DNA from: Candidatus Saccharimonadota bacterium
GTDB taxonomy: Bacteria; Patescibacteriota; Patescibacteriia; 2-12-FULL-60-25
Length of the DNA: 32,000 bases
Direction: 5' to 3'
Assembly: GCA_963718585.1 (NCBI GenBank)
Contig: OY970357.1
Location: 750,001-782,000, forward strand
Shown here piece by piece: positions 31,959-32,000 of the stretch. Made by a program: the position numbers and the translations under genes. Each line of letters opens with the position of its first letter. Position 1 is the stretch's first letter. The notes beneath the pieces are model-generated. The model made no database searches, had not been told where the DNA came from, and saw only the letters and a program-made list of their open reading frames with translations.

Positions 31959-32000
31959 GGCGTTTGGAGAATGGTCTGACAATCCGCGGACGTGGGCGAA

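Noticed and set aside
1-32000. Alternative genetic code (UGA recoding, as in some CPR lineages)
   Set aside because: Well-conserved genes (metG, ftsA, dgkA, ybeY, htrA) terminate at TGA at the expected lengths, with ATGA or TGA-n-ATG coupling. The standard code fits.
1-32000. CRISPR arrays, rRNA genes, IS elements, integrases, toxin-antitoxin pairs
   Set aside because: I saw no regularly spaced direct repeats, no rRNA-like conserved stretches and no transposase- or integrase-like ORFs on either strand. A computational repeat scan would be needed for certainty.

Overview
The window is a tightly packed, high-GC bacterial chromosomal segment. Hand counts of sampled 60-nt lines give about 60-62% GC in core genes. 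TGA, TAA and TAG all behave as stops, so the standard code applies. I found no rRNA, CRISPR array, transposase, integrase or reverse transcriptase.

Left third (1-7.5 kb): a partial gpmI that the ORF track misses because it runs off the edge, then a coupled pair of unknown genes. A minus-strand string follows: EVE-domain protein, FecR/Big_2 surface protein, metG and an RNHCP protein. A divergent pterin-4a-carbinolamine dehydratase gene and an unrecognised Cys-containing membrane protein close this part.

Middle (7.5-10.7 kb): a lower-GC accessory segment. It encodes a membrane-anchored protein, a small Cys-rich secreted protein, and an M23 peptidase carrying three tandem unknown ~110-aa modules. 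It ends at tRNA-Asp(GTC), which the ORF track does not list.

Right two thirds (11.7-32 kb): entirely minus strand. One giant gene of about 10.45 kb (about 3,483 codons) leads. It is followed at 4-12 nt spacing or ATGA overlaps by a small anchor protein, two paralogous TSP3-repeat membrane proteins, ybeY, dgkA and ftsA. Then come ftsZ (with its own promoter), nrdR, htrA and pyk.

The most interesting object is the giant ORF. A signal peptide plus a VirB2/TrbC-type 'T4SS pilin'-like two-helix membrane module is fused to an enormous ectodomain. That ectodomain holds Ig-like domains, four IPT/TIG domains, 13 myxo-type Cys-rich CG[DN]G repeats, unknown modules and a carboxypeptidase-regulatory-like domain.

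The protein styles suggest a Candidate Phyla Radiation / Patescibacteria-like organism. This is inference from remembered family patterns; no search was run.
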